From the sequence record PV400810.1: 64,000 bases of DNA. The stretch is one strand, 5' to 3'. A model generated the notes under the pieces. That model was not told where the DNA came from. It ran no database searches and saw nothing but the letters and a program-made list of their open reading frames with translations. Position 1 is the stretch's first letter, and every line of letters starts with the position of its first letter. The position numbers and the translations under genes are program-made. Below are positions 9,695 to 18,638 of this stretch, one piece after another. The DNA is from Pseudomonas phage vB_PaeM_GXNNA8.

Positions 9695-10198
9695 TTATTC
9701 CTTTAAAGACAGAGTGGAGTGGTCTTCAGGTTCAGGGGCATGCAGTACTTCAATGCAACGAAAGACAGCGAATGTAGCGTTATTCTCCGCCCTTAACCTT
9801 TTAGCTTCCGTAATAGCTTTTGCTCTGGAGGAATGTCGGTAAGGTCGAGGTGACATATACACGACACCATTTTCACCTACCCTCCCAATAACGTAACGTC
9901 CAATCGGGTTGGTATAGTGTTCTTGAGTGACGTTATTTTGGAACAGTACGTTATTGTGATAAAATTTGAACCCTCTGAACATCCAGAGGGTTCTCTTATC
10001 TTTGTATTTCCCTTCCTGGTCCTTCTCCAGGTAGATCTCCGCTTTGTTTGTACCCATCACTGGCTGAAGATGTTTTTTCTTCATATGAAACTCAAACTCT
10101 TCACGCAGATTGAGTTTCATATCCTCAGTAACCTTACGGTGATCGTTAGGAGAAGGGGGAGGTGTTTCATTTTGAATTATTCGATCGGTCACTTTCAC
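9695..10198 (-). CDS. hypothetical protein (167 aa)
   Basis: ORF. No motif recognised. Confidence 0.5.
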   Translation of the reverse strand: MKVTDRIIQNETPPPSPNDHRKVTEDMKLNLREEFEFHMKKKHLQPVMGTNKAEIYLEKDQEGKYKDKRTLWMFRGFKFYHNNVLFQNNVTQEHYTNPIGRYVIGRVGENGVVYMSPRPYRHSSRAKAITEAKRLRAENNATFAVFRCIEVLHAPEPEDHSTLSLKE

Positions 10199-10953
10199 AC
10201 CTCCGGGTCGTCGTAATCGTCTTCATAACGGTCATCAAACGACCTGTTGTATTCGAATGCTTCGATCCTGGCCTGACGTTCAGCTTCCTTACGCCGGCTG
10301 GTGCGCGCACGCGGCAGACAACGGTTGAAGATCTTGCGGAACTTCTTCTTACTGATGAGATAATGGCAGTAAGCACCATCACCACAGGAGGTTGCCTGAC
10401 GAATGATATCACCGCACATCAGCGAAATCAACTTATCCATATCGATCAGATGAGTGGCGAAGTTATTTTTATTAACCTCTTCCAATTTTCCGTAGATGAA
10501 ATGATAGATCGAGTCGATGTAGTAGTAGTTGGGGTGTTTGTTGATGGGAAGGTGGGTGTCAGGATCCAGGGGGTGGGTGGCTCTGGTTTTCCACAGACTG
10601 TCCTCCACGTCATTCTCCTCAGCACGGAGAGGACCATCCCCCCGTTTAATGATCTTGCGCGCCCAGTGGACGTTAATCGCCGCACGGTCCTTTAGAACAG
10701 CCACCCAACTGTCCGGCCCATTGGGGACTACACCCTCCACTTCCGCTTCGAACGTTGCGTACCGCTGACCAGGAAACTCACGTTCGTCCTCTTTCAGAAA
10801 ACGCTGGGTTGGGGACTCGAACACCGCGATCGTTCCTTTGGGGAAGTGGGCAGCGCCAAAGGGACATTCGCGTTTCTTTTCTTTACGATTCTGGATGACC
10901 CATTCCAGTCGGTCTTTACTGAGACGTCCAACAGGTACACGAAAAGGTTTCAT
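10195..10953 (-). CDS. hypothetical Cys-rich protein (CGD...SCGDGAYCH...C cluster), acidic C-terminus
   Basis: 252-aa ORF. Overlaps the upstream gene by 4 nt. Possible Zn-binding cluster. Confidence 0.5.
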   Translation of the reverse strand: MKPFRVPVGRLSKDRLEWVIQNRKEKKRECPFGAAHFPKGTIAVFESPTQRFLKEDEREFPGQRYATFEAEVEGVVPNGPDSWVAVLKDRAAINVHWARKIIKRGDGPLRAEENDVEDSLWKTRATHPLDPDTHLPINKHPNYYYIDSIYHFIYGKLEEVNKNNFATHLIDMDKLISLMCGDIIRQATSCGDGAYCHYLISKKKFRKIFNRCLPRARTSRRKEAERQARIEAFEYNRSFDDRYEDDYDDPEV

Positions 10954-11139
10954 AATACTATCCTTCTGTTTAACAGATTGTTTAACAACGGTTTAGTGGA
11001 GATTCTCAACGAAGTGAATATCCCACTGGGTGTATTGGGTTTCCCGCATGAAGAGTTCAACCGCTTCTATCAAGGTCATTTGGTGGGGGGCTTCCCAAGT
11101 GTCCTTGTTGTAACACGTGAATTTCCAAAACATGACCAA

Positions 11140-11694
11140 TTACCCCTGTGCTAGTTCATGAAGACGTCCAGCTGCTTTGAGTTTACGGATTTCACTGATC
11201 GACTTACCGTATTTAGCGGCGAGTTCCCTGACCGTCCCTTCCGGAGCCGGTTTATTCGCAAAGCAGAACTTTTTGGGTGTTTCTTCTCGGCTGACACTCT
11301 GGGAGTGATCAGGGAAACGTCGACTGAGGTCTTCCAGGAATTCCTTAGCTTTGGTGATGTAAACCTTAAGGTAGGCGTGGCCTTCCGAGATATCACTTTC
11401 AGTCAATCGTTGTAACACAACCCTTTCTACGATTCCCTTGGCGGCACTGCCTTCAGTATCGTAGATCATTTTATTTATCAGTCCAACCGCATAACCATTT
11501 ATTGACTCTCCATAACCCTCTATTGACTCTCCAGAGGGCACACTCTTGAAACTGTGCAGCATGTGCTTCAAGTAGATAACATCACCAGTGTGCCCTGTTT
11601 CCATCAGGAATAACGCCACTTCAAATCCGTTGTAACACCCCAGATCCTCTTGACGAGCAACGTCGAGTTCTTCCATTTGTTTTTCAGTAAACAT
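11140..11694 (-). CDS. hypothetical protein with C-terminal helix-turn-helix (possible DNA-binding / sigma-region-4-like regulator)
   Basis: C-terminal TVRELAAKYGKSISEIRKLKAAG is HTH-like. Preceded by a hairpin and a TATTTTAAACCTA motif. Confidence 0.4.
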   Translation of the reverse strand: MFTEKQMEELDVARQEDLGCYNGFEVALFLMETGHTGDVIYLKHMLHSFKSVPSGESIEGYGESINGYAVGLINKMIYDTEGSAAKGIVERVVLQRLTESDISEGHAYLKVYITKAKEFLEDLSRRFPDHSQSVSREETPKKFCFANKPAPEGTVRELAAKYGKSISEIRKLKAAGRLHELAQG

Positions 11695-11759
11695 TGGTTT
11701 ATTCCTCGTGGCTTAATACATCAATAATCTAGGTTTAAAATACGCTATACCGTAATAAA

Positions 11760-11793
11760 CCCTCCTACCTCCCTTCAAAGGGAGGTAGGAGGG
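11760..11793 (-). terminator. hairpin CCCTCCTACCTCCC-ttcaaa-GGGAGGTAGGAGGG
   Basis: Followed by a T-rich run in the minus orientation. Downstream of the 11815..12111 gene. Confidence 0.6.
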
Positions 11794-11814
11794 TATTTAC
11801 ACGGTGTTTACGGG

Positions 11815-12111
11815 TTAGAGCTTAGAAGAGAGTTTGTCTCGGGGGTTCGAGTGGGAAGTACCGGGGAGCAAGGGCTTATTCTTGAGGGTGCCGGAAATGG
11901 TCTTACCGTCCGCATTCACCACGTAAAGATCCCCATCAATCACCCGGAGCAAGGTTCTCCCATCAGCAAACTCGACCGTGAGCTCCCGCCGTTCCTTATG
12001 TGGGTCCCAAGAGATAGCAAACCGATCTCCCTGGCCCACAATAATACCTTCATAGTCACGGGAGGTGCCATTCCCACAGTCCTCTCGCATGACCTTTATA
12101 ATGAACGACAT
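11815..12111 (-). CDS. hypothetical protein (98 aa)
   Basis: ORF downstream of the tRNA and the hairpin at 12149-12185. Confidence 0.45.
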   Translation of the reverse strand: MSFIIKVMREDCGNGTSRDYEGIIVGQGDRFAISWDPHKERRELTVEFADGRTLLRVIDGDLYVVNADGKTISGTLKNKPLLPGTSHSNPRDKLSSKL

Positions 12112-12148
12112 GACGGTATCCTCTGCACATAGCGGATAAAGAAAAGGT

Positions 12149-12185
12149 CCTGTTCCCTACCCCTCTGAGAAAGGTAGGGAACAGG
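12149..12185 (-). terminator. hairpin CCTGTTCCCTACC...GGTAGGGAACAGG downstream of the tRNA
   Basis: 13-bp stem with TTTTCTTTAT after it in the minus orientation. Confidence 0.65.
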
Positions 12186-12328
12186 TACACCGTCACCCCT
12201 GTCAAGAAGCCGCGGTCCATCCTGGAAGAGAGAAGAGAACAGGATGGCTGGCGGAGCGGGACAGTGCAGGGCATTTGGGGGAGGGTAGTGCCGAGCCTGT
12301 GTGTCCCAGTCTTTGGGGTAACGATGTT

Positions 12329-12404
12329 TGGTTCCGTGACCAGGGTTCGAACCCGGGACCTACTGTTTACGAAACAGTTGCTCTACCTACTGAGCTATCA
12401 CGGA
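12329..12404 (-). tRNA. tRNA-Thr (anticodon CGU), 76 nt with encoded CCA
   Basis: Reverse complement is TCCGTGATAGCTCAGTAGGTAGAGCAACTGTTTCGTAAACAGTAGGTCCCGGGTTCGAACCCTGGTCACGGAACCA. It has a 7-bp acceptor stem, a GCTC/GAGC D-stem, an ACTGT/ACAGT anticodon stem with loop TTCGTAA, a TTCGAAC T-loop, discriminator A and CCA. Confidence 0.8.
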
Positions 12405-12745
12405 GTAAACTTAACCTAAATGGATCACCACGATTTCAGTTCCAAAGGTGTCAGCCACCCATTGGTTGAAGTCTTTACGCTTGAGTCCACAGTAGGAGAA
12501 AATAACAGACGAAATTCTACCGGGCGAACCAGTCCAACAAACCGTATTCGTTCATTGTGTTTTTCTTCCAGTGTTACACTTGAATCGAAAGGGGGTCCGT
12601 TCGCCATTGTCATACCTATTCACCCCATCACAAGGAATAGATAGACCTGTACTGTTTTATGCTCTCGGCCACGGACGACTGCGAGTAACCGCTAAGGGTT
12701 ACTGTTACGAGAGCACCCCTTACAAGGGAAAGATTACGGAAACGA

Positions 12746-12937
12746 CTAACTGGACTTGGAAGGGGTCTTTTTCGAAGATTCCGCTTTATCGGAACTGGGG
12801 TCGAACCACCCCGCCTTCTTGTCTTCCTCGTACCAATGCTTAGCCACCTCGTGATCGATACCCACTTTCTTAGCGAACTCAGCGCTGTGGGCGGCGTCTC
12901 GCATAAGGTTGGCTTGTTTACGTGATACACTTGGCAT
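12746..12937 (-). CDS. hypothetical small protein (63 aa)
   Basis: ATG preceded by AGAAGAGG (RBS-like). Lys/Ser-rich C-terminus. Confidence 0.4.
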   Translation of the reverse strand: MPSVSRKQANLMRDAAHSAEFAKKVGIDHEVAKHWYEEDKKAGWFDPSSDKAESSKKTPSKSS

Positions 12938-12994
12938 AGGGTTACCTCTTCTAGAAAAAGAGCGCCCGACATAGATTGGAACGGATGTGGAAGA

Positions 12995-13342
12995 TTAATG
13001 CTGACCCTTTACCTCCGCCCAGAAGGAAGCCTTCAGGTTACAACCCCACGCATAGAACTTGACGTAGTAACGAAGGGTCTCCTCCACCGTTTCAACCAGT
13101 TCTTGGGCGTGTTCAGCGCTCATAACCGATTCCTTAGCCGGTGGGCCCAGGTCTACCCGTTCCTTAAAGGCGGCTGTAAGCACCGGGTAGTTGGCCTCGA
13201 GGGGAAGATCGTTGGTCAGGAAGTACTTGTGGTACAACAAACTCAACCCCGAGCAGACCCCCAGGTAGCGGTCATCGCTGACGGTTTGAAGTTGGAGACA
13301 CTCTTTAACCAATCGAGCCCAATGGACCATTCTCATGTTCAT
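12995..13342 (-). CDS. hypothetical protein (115 aa)
   Basis: ORF. No motif recognised. Confidence 0.45.
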   Translation of the reverse strand: MNMRMVHWARLVKECLQLQTVSDDRYLGVCSGLSLLYHKYFLTNDLPLEANYPVLTAAFKERVDLGPPAKESVMSAEHAQELVETVEETLRYYVKFYAWGCNLKASFWAEVKGQH

Positions 13343-13375
13343 TCTCCCTCGGTGGAATAAGGATTAACGGAATGC

Positions 13376-14182
13376 TCAGTGATGAGCAGACGGTTTGGTG
13401 TTACGCCGGGTGATTTCTTGGTAATGGACCTCCTCCAACGACAGGGAAGGATTGTCATTACGCTTACTCAACACATACCCCAACAGCAGGGGTTGGTGGA
13501 TAACGATTTCCCGGGAAGTGAGAGGGAATTTCTCACTGTAGTACGGCACCCAGCTCTGTTGTTTCAGCAGTTGTTCGATTACCCGGGTTTTCTCATCCTT
13601 AGCGAATTCGATGTTCTCGTGGGTGAATTCGAGCTCATGGGTAATGATGTACCAATGGATCCAAGGATGCGCACCGCCCAAGCGGTCGCAGTAGAAGACA
13701 CTGGGTTCGTTGTCCCCTGGGACGTAGAAGCGTCCGGGGTCGCTCTCTTCAAAATTATCCCCTGTGTGGTATACGATAGAACTGAACTGACCGTTGGGTA
13801 GGGTTTTATTCCGATAGAACTCCACATCCCAACGATCCACCACTTCCATTCGAGGGTCCGAAGGATCCTCCGAATTGCAACGGATAATGTAGATCACGAA
13901 GGTGTAGGACCCATCCGGGTCTACAGGCCGATCCAACCCCGCAGAGCGGAGGTCGTACAATGCCCGATAAGGATCCTTGGAGTACAACCCCTCTTCCTCA
14001 TCAACTATCCGTTTAACCACTTTAACGGCTTCAGGGAGCGTTGTGAAGGCTTTTGCGTCGTACCAGTGGGTCATGTAGCGGGGATGGTCAAACGCCTCAC
14101 CATAAGCGTTATAGAAGCGTGTAACGGCATCTCCTTGGTTATTGAGACGGGAATCAATCCGGATGATGTAGGAAATGGACAT
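13376..14182 (-). CDS. hypothetical protein, paralog A of a duplicated ~265-aa family (conserved GAHPW-WYI--HELEFT, NEPS-FY, VDRW-V-F)
   Basis: Clear sequence paralogy with 15213..15998, about 35% identity by eye. Confidence 0.65.
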   Translation of the reverse strand: MSISYIIRIDSRLNNQGDAVTRFYNAYGEAFDHPRYMTHWYDAKAFTTLPEAVKVVKRIVDEEEGLYSKDPYRALYDLRSAGLDRPVDPDGSYTFVIYIIRCNSEDPSDPRMEVVDRWDVEFYRNKTLPNGQFSSIVYHTGDNFEESDPGRFYVPGDNEPSVFYCDRLGGAHPWIHWYIITHELEFTHENIEFAKDEKTRVIEQLLKQQSWVPYYSEKFPLTSREIVIHQPLLLGYVLSKRNDNPSLSLEEVHYQEITRRNTKPSAHH

Positions 14183-14237
14183 GATGATTTCCTTTTAAGG
14201 GGGGGTAGGGTTGTAGGACGTGGGGAAGAGTATTCCA

Positions 14238-14603
14238 TCAATGGAGGGTGTGTGGGATTTCTTCGACTTCACTCATGTATTCTTCGGCGACACGAAGCAC
14301 GCCTTCCAACGTTTCGCCGCCGTACTTAGCATCTTTGTAGATTCCCATCGACAATTCGCCATCATTGTACATCATGATGACTCCCTGGGGATGGATACCT
14401 TCAACATTTTGAATACGGATTGAGATGATAATCGCAGTTAAGAGGGTGGGTTGATATTTATATCCCTGATGCAGGATGAAATCGACTATTTCGCCGTCAA
14501 TCTCTAAGGTAATACACACCCTCGCGTTAGGACCCTTCAGGCGCTGGATATCTTGAAGATTCTTCGCCATCGATTCAAATACTTCTTTAATCGTTCTTTC
14601 CAT
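14238..14603 (-). CDS. hypothetical protein (121 aa)
   Basis: ORF between the two paralogs. Confidence 0.5.
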   Translation of the reverse strand: MERTIKEVFESMAKNLQDIQRLKGPNARVCITLEIDGEIVDFILHQGYKYQPTLLTAIIISIRIQNVEGIHPQGVIMMYNDGELSMGIYKDAKYGGETLEGVLRVAEEYMSEVEEIPHTLH

Positions 14604-14678
14604 AAATCACCCAAATACGAAATGGAGGGTTGTAGGTTAATCGCCGAACTGATCGTTTTGGGTACCTATAAACTCCTC

Positions 14679-15143
14679 CTAGTTACGGGGTTTTACAGCG
14701 ATAACTTCGAATGCTTCACCGATAGGCTTGTCAGCGTAGAGGGCTCCCAACGGAACGTTAACGTCGAAGTATTTACCAAAAAGGTGAACGAATTCATCCG
14801 CTCCAAAGGTAAACCCCTTATTCTCTCCATTACACACGTTGATTTCCTCCCCACGGAAATCATAGACCCGCCTGGGAGTAACGAGGATAGCGCGTTGTTC
14901 CGCATCCGCAATCAGGCTTTGCCATCCTTCAAGGGTCAAATGGCAGGGGAGGGTCGTCAGTGAATACGCCGCTTTCATGCGTTCGGGGTTGGGTTTCTTG
15001 TAGAACACCGCACAGAGAATCGGTTGGCCTTCAATGGTCGATTCAAACGGGCAGGTGTAAAAGAAGTCGCCCTTTTGGATGTCATTGGTTACCAGCGCGT
15101 ACTGGCGATGACGAATCAACATACATAGAGTTTTTCTAGCCAT
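14679..15143 (-). CDS. hypothetical protein (154 aa)
   Basis: Track ORF is 14679..15176. The ATG at 15143 (MARKTLCML) is preceded by AAGGAA. Confidence 0.5.
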   Translation of the reverse strand: MARKTLCMLIRHRQYALVTNDIQKGDFFYTCPFESTIEGQPILCAVFYKKPNPERMKAAYSLTTLPCHLTLEGWQSLIADAEQRAILVTPRRVYDFRGEEINVCNGENKGFTFGADEFVHLFGKYFDVNVPLGALYADKPIGEAFEVIAVKPRN

Positions 15144-15212
15144 TACAAATTCCTTGACTACTGAAATAACTACCAACAGAGGCCCTGTGAGGCCTCTGTT
15201 GAATGATTGTCT

Positions 15213-15998
15213 TTATTGTTTATCCGAAACACGACGAGACAATTTTTGTTGGTGGATTTCTTCTAGGGTGAGATCGGGGTTCTTATTACGAAGAGCCAGA
15301 ACATCCCCCAGGAGTACTAGATCCCCCACTGCAACCTGATCCCCTGCCTTAGGAAACATCTCGTCATAAAGCTCCACATTGGAACTTTGGTTACTGATCT
15401 TACCGATGACCTTGTCTTTCTCTTCCAAAGCAGTTTTAACTGAAGCGGAAGTGAACTCAAGTTCATGACTGCGGATATACCAGTACACCCACGGGTGAGC
15501 GCCCTCCAATGCCTTGGGGTAGAAGAGACTCGGTTCATTCTTACCCGGCAAGTAGGGCATGTTGGGTTGATCGGGATTCGTTTCGACGCGGTAGAAAGTC
15601 CTGGCGAGTTTATCTCCTCCACCCCATATGAAGTCGACTCCCCAGCGATCAACTGTTTTGACTTTCAAGTCGGAGGGATCGGTGTAGGAGAACTCGACAA
15701 TGGAGAGATCGAACTCGTATTTCGTACCGGGAACAGGTGCGTTGTAATCACGACGCAGTATCCGGAATGTGAGGGGAAGATCGACCGAACCATCACCGAA
15801 GCGGGTGTTCTTATCAGTGAGCATCCGGTTAATGACTTCAGTAGCACTTTCGAGGCTGTGGAAGGTACTACAGTCCATCCAGGACTTGCTGAAATCGGGA
15901 TAACCACGAGAAGAGGGATCCTCGGCATAATACTGAGTGATGGTTCCCGGGTGGGAAGTGGAACGTTGGTCGACTTGAATGATGTAAAACGTGTTCAT
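15213..15998 (-). CDS. hypothetical protein, paralog B of the duplicated ~265-aa family
   Basis: Shares YII-(I/V)D-R, DPSD, VDRWGVDF, KNEPSLFY and EGAHPWVYWYIRSHELEFT with 13376..14182. Confidence 0.65.
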   Translation of the reverse strand: MNTFYIIQVDQRSTSHPGTITQYYAEDPSSRGYPDFSKSWMDCSTFHSLESATEVINRMLTDKNTRFGDGSVDLPLTFRILRRDYNAPVPGTKYEFDLSIVEFSYTDPSDLKVKTVDRWGVDFIWGGGDKLARTFYRVETNPDQPNMPYLPGKNEPSLFYPKALEGAHPWVYWYIRSHELEFTSASVKTALEEKDKVIGKISNQSSNVELYDEMFPKAGDQVAVGDLVLLGDVLALRNKNPDLTLEEIHQQKLSRRVSDKQ

Positions 15999-16015
15999 AC
16001 CACCCCCTCGTCTTG

Positions 16016-16339
16016 TTAAGTCAAAAGGTCACTGAAATTGTCATGTAGGATTTGGGTGAACGGCTCTCCCAAGTCTTCACAACATGGGTCACCTATTCTC
16101 TCGGCCAGATGATCCATGTGTAGATTATCGAGGAATTCCGTGTGTTCTTCCTCGCTGTACCAAGATTCAACGAGATGGTCTAACACACAATAATTGATTT
16201 CCCCGTCGTACTCGATAACTCGATACGTCCCATTCTCCAGGTATTCTTTGTTGTTATGGAAATCAACGGAATCCCGTTCGCCTACGATGGGACTCGACAG
16301 AGGGGTCCGTTCTTTCCCTTCCTTACGAACTGTTGCCAT
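16016..16339 (-). CDS. hypothetical protein (107 aa)
   Basis: ORF. Confidence 0.45.
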   Translation of the reverse strand: MATVRKEGKERTPLSSPIVGERDSVDFHNNKEYLENGTYRVIEYDGEINYCVLDHLVESWYSEEEHTEFLDNLHMDHLAERIGDPCCEDLGEPFTQILHDNFSDLLT

Positions 16340-16363
16340 GGGGGTTACTCCTTCTGAAAGATG

Positions 16364-16846
16364 TTAAAAGTCTTCGACGTAGAAGAGTTTGACCAATTCA
16401 ATATGACGAACCACTTTACCCAGGAGTTCGTCTTTGTAATCCACACCCCCATGCAACAGGTGTTTGTTCTTGAAATCCCGTTCCAGATCTTTCATTCCCC
16501 AGCCCAGGGTCCCTACGGTCAACCCTGCAATGACCCCTTTAGTGTTCCGTACGATCTTAATCCGGAAACGAATGTTCCCTGAATACCCTTCTCCGAAACC
16601 GTGGATAGCACCTTTGTTCCGCTCCTGGTAGATGGTGTGGAGAAAGAAGAAGTCTTCCGTCTTGGCTTCACCCCGGGGTAGGTGATTGAGAATATCCTTA
16701 TCGATAGGGAGTTGGGTGATTACCCGATCGAAGTTGGAGAAGAACACCCCAACTTCCTCGTACCCTTTGTAAATGTCATCCACAACGCCGGGGAGGGGTT
16801 GAGCATTAATGATCATTTCTTGTAGCCGTGATTTAATCGGTAGCAT
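16364..16846 (-). CDS. hypothetical protein (160 aa)
   Basis: ORF. Confidence 0.5.
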   Translation of the reverse strand: MLPIKSRLQEMIINAQPLPGVVDDIYKGYEEVGVFFSNFDRVITQLPIDKDILNHLPRGEAKTEDFFFLHTIYQERNKGAIHGFGEGYSGNIRFRIKIVRNTKGVIAGLTVGTLGWGMKDLERDFKNKHLLHGGVDYKDELLGKVVRHIELVKLFYVEDF

Positions 16847-16970
16847 TTTGGATTACCTCAGGTGTTTGTGAAATTCTAAATGATTCTGGTCAATGTACGT
16901 ATTAGATACACTCAACAGAATAATTTAACCACCGGTAGGTTATCCCTACCGGGGTATTGATGGTGAGGGG

Positions 16971-17438
16971 TTAGTCTTTACCACCTTCAATGACCTTGAA
17001 CGGAGAGGTGTGTCCATTCTGAGGTTTAGGGGCGGAGGATTCTTTCTTATCGTCCTGACCTGGAGGAGTGATTTCACCAGGGGCGAGCATCAGGTGACCA
17101 TCTTCATCCTGACCTACGATTCGACACACCCCACCCAGGTAAATCAAGTCTCTGTTATACCGTACACCCAAGATATCTTCATACTTGATGAAGAGCTCGT
17201 ATACCTTCCCCTGGCAACGGCATTCGAAATGAACGTACTCCTCATGGAAATGAAGGTACTTCACCGCGAACCCTCCGATGTTGAAGAAGACGCTGGGGTT
17301 CCCTTGACCGATTTCTTTCACTTCAGGGCTGGCGTCGGTGTTAACCAGGATGACACACGCACCCGTGGTTTCATTCAGGTAGGTGTACAGGGCTTCCAGG
17401 TGCAGTTTACGGAAGTCCGGTGGCATTTTCTTCGACAT
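16971..17438 (-). CDS. hypothetical protein (155 aa)
   Basis: ORF. The hairpin at 16932-16952 lies downstream. Confidence 0.5.
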   Translation of the reverse strand: MSKKMPPDFRKLHLEALYTYLNETTGACVILVNTDASPEVKEIGQGNPSVFFNIGGFAVKYLHFHEEYVHFECRCQGKVYELFIKYEDILGVRYNRDLIYLGGVCRIVGQDEDGHLMLAPGEITPPGQDDKKESSAPKPQNGHTSPFKVIEGGKD

Positions 17439-17569
17439 AACGGTGTCCTATAAGTGGATTAATGACAAAAGGTTTTTAATCAACGATGGATGGACCCAGT
17501 TTACTCCCTAGGTCAATCCTGTACTGCTTGGCGAATACCTCCTATGAGGCGCCAACATCCAGGTCTTTT

Positions 17570-17821
17570 TCATACGGTTCTCCTGTAGAACAGGTTGTAT
17601 TTAAAGAAGTCTTCAAGGGAATAGATATACCTGGGATCAGTGACCAGCCAGCATTGACCATCCCGAACTTCAACACGACGGGCATGTTGATAGACGTGAT
17701 GATGGTGCGAAGGGGAGGTTACATAAGTCCCATTGGGGAGTTTCCGCAATTCCTCTTGACTCAGAAACTTTCCATTAGGATTTATTCCGGTAGGGTAACA
17801 ACCCTTATTCATTCTAAACAT
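17570..17821 (-). CDS. hypothetical small protein (83 aa, HHHH tract)
   Basis: ORF. Confidence 0.4.
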   Translation of the reverse strand: MFRMNKGCYPTGINPNGKFLSQEELRKLPNGTYVTSPSHHHHVYQHARRVEVRDGQCWLVTDPRYIYSLEDFFKYNLFYRRTV

Positions 17822-17877
17822 ACGTCTTCCTCAAGAAAGTCTCCCCTAAGGAGGGGAGACTGTTTGCCGTTAATCCT

Positions 17878-18309
17878 TTACACTTCGGAGGGAGGAAGGT
17901 TCTGATACGCATTCAACAGAAGCTCACCCACCTCCAAGGCATGGGAATGGGAATACCCCATAACCTGACTGTACCAAGTCACCCACTCAGGAGAGAGCTG
18001 ATTGTCTTCAGTCAAGAGAGGGGGTTGAGGAAGCCCTTGTCCAACGTTCACCCTACCCCCAGAATTCACCCCGACTTGCATCCAACGATTGTACTTCAAG
18101 GAAAGACAATTGGGGAATTCCTTTTTGTACGCATTCAACTTGGTATCCGCCTCTTCCAGGAGAGACATGGATAACGCAAACATCTCCTCACTCCTGTTAA
18201 CATTCGCGGCGGCCGAGACCTTAACCAGAAGCTGATTAGCTTCCGAAATCAGACTAAAGATTTCAGCCACTCTTGCCCGACGTTTCTTCGCTTCATCTGG
18301 CGTTAGCAT
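17878..18309 (-). CDS. hypothetical protein (143 aa)
   Basis: ORF followed by the hairpin at 17838-17861. Confidence 0.5.
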   Translation of the reverse strand: MLTPDEAKKRRARVAEIFSLISEANQLLVKVSAAANVNRSEEMFALSMSLLEEADTKLNAYKKEFPNCLSLKYNRWMQVGVNSGGRVNVGQGLPQPPLLTEDNQLSPEWVTWYSQVMGYSHSHALEVGELLLNAYQNLPPSEV

Positions 18310-18398
18310 GGTATTTCCCTATGTGAAAAATGAAAGAGACGTAAAGAACCCGCCTCCTCATCCCTCTTAAACAGGACAAGGAAGCGGGGGTGGGTTCT

Positions 18399-18563
18399 TC
18401 AGTGTTGGTAGACCAGGATCTCTTGCCCGTTAGGGGCGATGCGATGTCCCAAGATCACCTCTTGAGATTCATCTTCCTGAGTCTCTTGGCCGTAGTTCGC
18501 GTTCACGAACAAGAAGCCGAACATAACACCAACGCACAGAAGAAGCAGGCCGCTGGATTTCAT
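18399..18563 (-). CDS. small secreted peptide precursor (signal peptide MKSSGLLLLCVGVMFGFLFVNA | acidic 33-aa mature part)
   Basis: Classic n-h-c signal peptide with a V-N-A cleavage site. Track ORF is 18399..18596 (TTG start). I prefer the ATG at 18563. Confidence 0.45.
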   Translation of the reverse strand: MKSSGLLLLCVGVMFGFLFVNANYGQETQEDESQEVILGHRIAPNGQEILVYQH

Positions 18564-18638
18564 AATAAACACCTTCCTGGCTGAGTGGGTTACCAAAAAA
18601 GAAGAGGAGAAGGGATAACCTTCTCCTTGGAACAGACG

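Noticed and set aside
10846-11154. 102-aa plus-strand ORF in the 10954-11139 spacer
   Set aside because: It straddles an intergenic region between minus-strand genes. It has no RBS. It is more likely a promoter or leader region carrying a TGTTTAACA direct repeat.
12405-12745. Possible second tRNA or tmRNA upstream of tRNA-Thr
   Set aside because: There are hairpins but no cloverleaf, no GTTCGA-type T-loop and no tag-peptide reading frame (ANDENYALAA-like). It was kept only as a generic structured non-coding region.
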